Below, piece after piece: positions 6,940-11,065 of a stretch of DNA of 11,065 nucleotides. The translations under genes and the position numbers were made by a program. The stretch's first letter is position 1. Each line of letters begins with the position of its first letter. The DNA lies in contig JAYENL010000098.1 of assembly GCA_034722055.1 (NCBI GenBank), positions 1-11,065 of the forward strand, written 5' to 3'. The notes below the pieces were generated by a model. That model was not told the DNA's origin. It ran no database searches and saw only the letters and a list, made by a program, of their open reading frames with translations. Source of the DNA: Armatimonadota bacterium (GTDB lineage Bacteria; Armatimonadota; Zipacnadia; Zipacnadales; UBA5352).

Positions 6940-7274
6940 GCGTCGATCCGAGCTACAGCGAACTGGCAGCATCGCGCATCCTCGGTGAGCAGAGCAGCAG
7001 CGCTGGTGAGCTAGTGCCAGCCCTGGTGCACGAGGTGCGACACCGCCTGCCCTCGTACGCGTCGCGCCACGCGCGGGACAATCTGGCCGCCGCCGTCCGG
7101 GACCTGCTGGGCCCACGAGGTCAGCCGCTGGCCGACCGCACACCGGCCCGCGAATGGCTGTGGGCTGAGTTGCAGTGCTTGGCAGCCGACTGGGCCAAGC
7201 ACTTTGGGCCAGAGGTGCTCGTCCGCGCGCACGAGATCGGCACGGCTACCCGCCCACCGTCGCGAGTGGACTGA
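6936..7274 (+). CDS. Hypothetical helical protein (112 aa), paralogue of 2607-2954
   Basis: GGAGGA RBS, ATGA overlap, and 32 of 83 identities (hand count) to the 2607-2954 product. Confidence 0.8.
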   Translation: MSVDPSYSELAASRILGEQSSSAGELVPALVHEVRHRLPSYASRHARDNLAAAVRDLLGPRGQPLADRTPAREWLWAELQCLAADWAKHFGPEVLVRAHEIGTATRPPSRVD

Positions 7275-7291
7275 TCCCTACGGGAGAGAAC

Positions 7292-7552
7292 ATGCAGTAC
7301 CGTTTGCAGCTTACTGACGCAGACCATCACACCCTCGTGCGCGATCTGGCGGCACACCTGCGCATCCCGGCCGTGCCTGGCGGCAGCACGCCGCGGTGGG
7401 TGACGATGCACGCCAGCCTCGGCAGTCAGTGGCTGGAGCGCGGCTGCCCGCCGTGGCGTGACGAGAGCAGCGACCGCTGCTCGTACTGCAACCGCTGGCA
7501 GCATCGGCAACTAGGCTGCTGGGAGACGTACCTGCTGGAGGTGGACCGATGA
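7292..7552 (+). CDS. Hypothetical protein with four Cys (C...CxxC...C), possibly Zn-binding (86 aa)
   Basis: GGGAGAG before ATG 7292; its stop overlaps the next ATG. Confidence 0.65.
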   Translation: MQYRLQLTDADHHTLVRDLAAHLRIPAVPGGSTPRWVTMHASLGSQWLERGCPPWRDESSDRCSYCNRWQHRQLGCWETYLLEVDR

Positions 7553-7725
7553 GGGCGGATGACCGTATGCGCGGCTGCCTGATGGGCGGCCTGTGGATGG
7601 GGCTGATGATGACGTTCACGGCCGTCATCGTCAGCGAGTTCGGCCTGGCGGGGCTGGGGATCCTGGCCGGCGGCCTGGTGCTCGGCATCCTGGCAACGGT
7701 CTGCTACTACGCAGCGCAGGAGTGA
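7549..7725 (+). CDS. Small membrane protein with two hydrophobic segments (58 aa)
   Basis: Hand translation MRADDRMRGCLMGGLWMGLMMTFTAVIVSEFGLAGLGILAGGLVLGILATVCYYAAQE. GGAGGTGG RBS and ATGA overlap. It fills the gap between neighbours and is not in the ORF track. Confidence 0.75.
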   Translation: MRADDRMRGCLMGGLWMGLMMTFTAVIVSEFGLAGLGILAGGLVLGILATVCYYAAQE

Positions 7726-7728
7726 GCC

Positions 7729-8445
7729 ATGGAGGAACGATCAAAGTACTGGGATAAGACGTGGAACTACGTGCGAGGCTGTACGCCGATAGGGGTCGGC
7801 TGCCGGCGCTGCTACGCCCGCCGCAACCACGACAGGCTACTTGCTAACCCGGCGGTCCCGAGTTACTCCCGTCCTTTCGACCAGGTGCACGTGGCGTGGG
7901 ACATGCTGGAGGACCCCGCGCCGCTGCACTGGCGCAAGCCGCGGATCATCTTCGTCAACAACCTCTCCGACACGTTCCACGAGGTCGTCCCCGACGAGGC
8001 GTTGTGGCACGCCTACCGGATCATGCGCCAGGCCCCCCAGCACACCTTCCTCTTGCTGACCAAGCGGGCAGCACGGATGCGGCGGTGGAGCTGGTCGATA
8101 GTGTGCCTGGAGAACTTATGGCTCGGTGTGACGTGCGAGACGCCGGCGTACATGGAGCGGGTGCGACACCTCACCTGCATACCGGCGGCCATCCGCTGGC
8201 TGAGCTGGGAGCCAGCAATCGAGGCGCTGGAGTGGGGGCCGTGGTTAGAGAAGATCGACTGGCTGGTGGCCGGCGGGGAGACTGGCGCGGACACACAGGC
8301 CGTGCCGGAGCGGTGGGTGCGAGAGGCCCGCGACGCCTGTGCGGAGTACGGCACCGCCTTCTGGTTCAAGCAGTGGGGGGGGACGGCGGCGCCGCCGCGT
8401 GACGCACCGCTGCTCGACGGGCGGGTCCACATCGCCCGTCCTTAG
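7729..8445 (+). CDS. DUF5131 (phage Gp37/Gp68) family radical-SAM-like protein (238 aa)
   Basis: TWNxxxGCTxxxxGCxxCYA, IFVNNLSDTFH, HTFLLLTKR, NLWLGVT, SWEP, WLVAGGETG and FWFKQWGG motifs. Confidence 0.92.
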   Translation: MEERSKYWDKTWNYVRGCTPIGVGCRRCYARRNHDRLLANPAVPSYSRPFDQVHVAWDMLEDPAPLHWRKPRIIFVNNLSDTFHEVVPDEALWHAYRIMRQAPQHTFLLLTKRAARMRRWSWSIVCLENLWLGVTCETPAYMERVRHLTCIPAAIRWLSWEPAIEALEWGPWLEKIDWLVAGGETGADTQAVPERWVREARDACAEYGTAFWFKQWGGTAAPPRDAPLLDGRVHIARP

Positions 8446-8491
8446 CTGCCGAGCGCATGAGTGATCAAATAACCAGCAGAGGTGACTGGAC

Positions 8492-8713
8492 ATGCCAGCG
8501 TGGTCAGAGAGAGAACTGGAGGACGCCTTGTGGGAGGACAGCCAGCTACTATGGCCCCAGGGCGGCTTCTGCTGGGTAGGCCGTCAGCTGTCTCTATTGG
8601 AGGGTCCTATCGACCTGTTGGGGATGTTGGAGACAGAGGGCGGTCGGCGCTTCGCCATCACCGAGCTGAAGGCCAGTGTGAAAGCACTCTCACACCAGGG
8701 GTTGGATCGGTAA
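8492..8713 (+). pseudogene. Truncated NucS/EndoMS-like PD-(D/E)XK endonuclease fragment (73 aa)
   Basis: ERELEDAL...GRQ...GPIDLLG...ITELK follows the NucS C-terminal pattern, but the ORF stops where the QxxxY helix should be. GAGGTG RBS is present. Confidence 0.5.
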
Positions 8714-9768
8714 TGGCCCGTCAATGGCGTCGGCTTTACAGCAAGCTGATCGAGAGCGAGAACCTAACGATGGCCGCAGAAGAGGACGGATTTGCCGAAC
8801 GCCTCTTTTTTCGCATGATCGCCGCATGTGACGACTACGGCAGGCTGCCGGCCGCTCCCTTCCCGCTTAAGGCGCGCACATGTCCTATGGTCTCACAAGG
8901 TCTTGACCAGGTCGCCAAGGCCGTCCAGATACTGGAGAAGCACGAGCTAGTAAAACGTTACGAAGTGAATGGTGAGGAGTATCTCGTGCTTTGCACATGG
9001 TTTGAACACCAGTCGCAGAAGTGGTTCGCGATGGGCGAGCCCGAGTACCCGCACCCACCGGGTTGGCGCCCACCAGAGAGCCTAGTAGAATGGCTTATCG
9101 AGAAACGAGAAGCGACGGGCGAGAAGGGATCTCCGATGTATCCCCCTACTCGTTATGGTCTGCCAGAAGACTTCCTCGACAGTCTGGTGACTAATAACCC
9201 GACTACAGAGGCGACTGTAGACGCGACTACAGTCGGGACAGAGACAGAGACAGAGACAGAGACAGAGACAGAGTACGACAACGACTCTAACGACCCTTTG
9301 TCGGCTGACGCCGACCGTGAGTGTGGAAAAGGTGTGGAAAACTCTCAGCGGGAGAAAACGCACGCAGAGAAGCTTGCGAGCTTGCGGGATGGCGTGCCGG
9401 GCGAGGACCTGGATCTCATCGACGAGTACCTGGACAACGCCGCGCTCGAGAATAAGACTAAGCGCATCACACCGGGGCGTCGAGTTAATGAGACGCGCGA
9501 GCTACTTGACCTGCGCCAGGAACTGGGGACGCCAGCCTGGCGGCATGGTATGCGCGCCGCCAACAAGGCGGCAGCGCCCAACCCGAACTACGTCCAAAAG
9601 GCCGCTGGCAACTACGACGCGCGCAAGAGCGTGCAGTCAGACGGCAGTGGGAGGAAGTACCACCCACCACAGGATTCCAAGCGGCCCACGAAGACGCTGC
9701 GGGGGTGGGATGCTGTGTTGGGCGAGGAGGGCGGAAGCCACGACGATGGCCGATGTGCAAACGCTTGA
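8713..9768 (+). CDS. Phage replication initiator/replisome organizer (351 aa)
   Basis: N-terminal winged-helix-type pattern (RLFFRMIAACDDYGRL...LVKRYEVNGEEYL...WFEHQ), a low-complexity (TE)n linker and a DnaD-like C-terminal NPNYVQK region. Directly upstream of a DnaC-like ATPase. TAATG coupling at 8711-8715. Confidence 0.8.
   Translation: MARQWRRLYSKLIESENLTMAAEEDGFAERLFFRMIAACDDYGRLPAAPFPLKARTCPMVSQGLDQVAKAVQILEKHELVKRYEVNGEEYLVLCTWFEHQSQKWFAMGEPEYPHPPGWRPPESLVEWLIEKREATGEKGSPMYPPTRYGLPEDFLDSLVTNNPTTEATVDATTVGTETETETETETEYDNDSNDPLSADADRECGKGVENSQREKTHAEKLASLRDGVPGEDLDLIDEYLDNAALENKTKRITPGRRVNETRELLDLRQELGTPAWRHGMRAANKAAAPNPNYVQKAAGNYDARKSVQSDGSGRKYHPPQDSKRPTKTLRGWDAVLGEEGGSHDDGRCANA
9200..9341. 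other. Putative phage replication origin within the initiator gene
   Basis: CGACT(AC/GT)AG three times at a 12-bp period (9200, 9212, 9224), (GAGACA)5 at 9241-9270, and two TGTGGAAAA (reverse complement TTTTCCACA, fitting the DnaA box TTWTNCACA) at 9322 and 9333. Confidence 0.55.
9241..9270 (+). repeat. Hexanucleotide tandem repeat (GAGACA)5 encoding (ET)n
   Basis: Five perfect copies flanked by the imperfect units GGGACA and GAGTAC. Confidence 0.95.
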
Positions 9769-10366
9769 GCGCCAAGTTAGTGATGCCTACCTGGCTGCCG
9801 TCGGCGTCGGGCGCCGTTACCGGATCGCGAGCTGGGCGGAGATCACGCCTGAACTGCGCGATGACGTAGCCGCCTACTGCCAGAACATCGACCAGCACAT
9901 GCGGGATGGCTACGGCCTGACGCTCGTGGGCGGCGTGGGGACGGGAAAGACGTGCGCCCTGGTCCTGGTGGCGGACGCGGCACTGGCCGTGCGCTGGCCG
10001 TATGGTCGGTATGGCGACCAGCCCGTCACCAAGCCGGCGACGGTGGAGTGGATGCTGGGGCCGGTGCTGTATCGGATCCTCCACCGACCGGACCAGCGCC
10101 ATCATCGAGAGCGGATCGCCGCGTTCGAGGCGGCGGACCTGCTCATCATCGACGACTTCGACCGCCTGTACGCCACTGAGTGGGATGTGATGCAGCTGGA
10201 GGCGCTGATGGAGCTGCGCCACAGCGAGAAGCGGTCGGTCTGCCTCAGCCTGAACAGCCTGGACCTGCTGCGGCAGCCCGAGCTGGAGCGGACCCTGGAC
10301 CGGCTGCGCGAGAACAGCGACATCGTGCAGCTGGCCGACGACGTGCAGAGCCGACGAGGAGGATAG
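9746..10366 (+). CDS. DnaC/IstB-like AAA+ ATPase, helicase loader (206 aa)
   Basis: Walker A GGVGTGKT, Walker B LLIIDD and C-terminal RTLDRLRE. It follows the initiator with a 23-nt overlap; the exact start is uncertain. Confidence 0.88.
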   Translation: MADVQTLERQVSDAYLAAVGVGRRYRIASWAEITPELRDDVAAYCQNIDQHMRDGYGLTLVGGVGTGKTCALVLVADAALAVRWPYGRYGDQPVTKPATVEWMLGPVLYRILHRPDQRHHRERIAAFEAADLLIIDDFDRLYATEWDVMQLEALMELRHSEKRSVCLSLNSLDLLRQPELERTLDRLRENSDIVQLADDVQSRRGG

Positions 10367-10370
10367 CCCG

Positions 10371-10691
10371 ATGACGGGCAGCGTCAACGCCATTCGCATT
10401 ATCCGAACCGCGTATGACCCACCCGAATGCAGGCTGTATCTGCTCTTTGGGGCGGAGGCAGACACATGGCTTGCAGACCTACAACGGGGTGAGCGGGTGC
10501 AGCTGCGGGTAGCAACCGGATGCCCCCAACCGGGGCCACAGGCCACCGTGGACTTCATGCTTCTCGAACGTAAGCAGACGTCCCAGGTGAGGGAGCTGGG
10601 GCTTGAGCTCGACCAGCAGGACGCGACCTGGCTGGCGTCCCGCCAGCTGGATGAGGAGATCACAGTCCTGCGGTGCAACGAGGACTGCTGA
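10371..10691 (+). CDS. Hypothetical protein (106 aa)
   Basis: GAGGAGGA RBS ends 7 nt before the ATG; operonic position. Confidence 0.7.
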   Translation: MTGSVNAIRIIRTAYDPPECRLYLLFGAEADTWLADLQRGERVQLRVATGCPQPGPQATVDFMLLERKQTSQVRELGLELDQQDATWLASRQLDEEITVLRCNEDC

Positions 10692-10694
10692 CCG

Positions 10695-10799
10695 ATGGGG
10701 TGGGCGGAGCGAGTTGTCGAGTTGGAGGTCGAGGTAGGGCGCCTACGGGCGGCGTGTGAGAGGCGTGTAGGAGGAAAGCTAAATGCCATACGCAGATGA
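10695..10799 (+). CDS. Possible short coiled-coil peptide (34 aa, MGWAERVVELEVEVGRLRAAC...)
   Basis: In frame with the preceding ORF, one codon after its TGA. Heptad-like sequence and weak RBS. Confidence 0.35.
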   Translation: MGWAERVVELEVEVGRLRAACERRVGGKLNAIRR

Positions 10800-11007
10800 A
10801 CTGCGAGACTACCGAAAGCGGCGGGGAGTGACGCAGACTGACCTCGCAGAGGCGCTTGGGTTCGCGCATGCATCGGCGGTCGCAAAGCGCGAGGCCGGGG
10901 ACGTGGCTATGAGCCGGGCCGATTTCTCCGCCGCCATCGCGGCGATAGACCGGATTGTGGAGCAGCGGGATCGGGACAGTGCGGACGTGCTTGGGGAGGC
11001 GCAGTAG
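10783..11007 (+). CDS. XRE/Cro-like helix-turn-helix transcriptional regulator (74 aa)
   Basis: LRDYRKRRGVTQTDLAEALG...SAVAKREAG fits the HTH_3 pattern; AGGAGG RBS. Confidence 0.9.
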   Translation: MPYADELRDYRKRRGVTQTDLAEALGFAHASAVAKREAGDVAMSRADFSAAIAAIDRIVEQRDRDSADVLGEAQ

Positions 11008-11008
11008 C

Positions 11009-11065
11009 GTGGCCGCAGATCGCATGGTTCGGTTCGTTCGGTGGCGCCTGGCGGTAGTCGCGGCG
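11009..11065 (+). CDS. Start of the next gene (partial)
   Basis: GGGGAGG ends 9 nt before GTG 11009; the frame is open to the window edge. Confidence 0.45.
   Translation, partial: MAADRMVRFVRWRLAVVAA

Noticed and set aside
8662..8669. Self-target of spacer TCAGCTCG (CGAGCTGA on the + strand)
   Set aside because: A lone 8-nt match is unremarkable given 14 spacers and 11 kb of GC-rich sequence, and no partner spacer match is adjacent. My search by eye was not exhaustive.
9485..10885. 466-aa minus-strand ORF (likewise 4523-5479 and 3457-4065)
   Set aside because: Antisense to well-supported + strand genes, with low-complexity composition.

Overview
GC-rich phage or prophage early-region operon, almost entirely on the + strand, with tightly coupled genes downstream of a near-consensus sigma70-type promoter at 401-429. 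The main finding is a dual-repeat array at 1289-1545 with a ~36-nt period (GAGCGAGCCA, 8-nt spacer, GAGAGYRCCA, 8-10-nt spacer; 7 units). It abuts a gene (1549-2607) for a nuclease-less protein with an IS110-C-terminal/Nop-like domain, which is the architecture of a TIGR-Tas (TasA-type) RNA-guided system. Downstream are a Gp3/RDF-like recombination protein, a Cas4/AddB-like Fe-S PD-(D/E)XK nuclease, a secreted 3D-domain protein and a ~320-nt densely structured intergenic element (candidate ncRNA with a possible pseudoknot). These are followed by a DUF5131 protein, a truncated NucS-like fragment, a replication initiator with an internal origin-like region, a DnaC/IstB-like ATPase and an XRE HTH regulator. 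Two unknown proteins in the operon are paralogues. All family calls come from motif recognition by eye; no searches were run.
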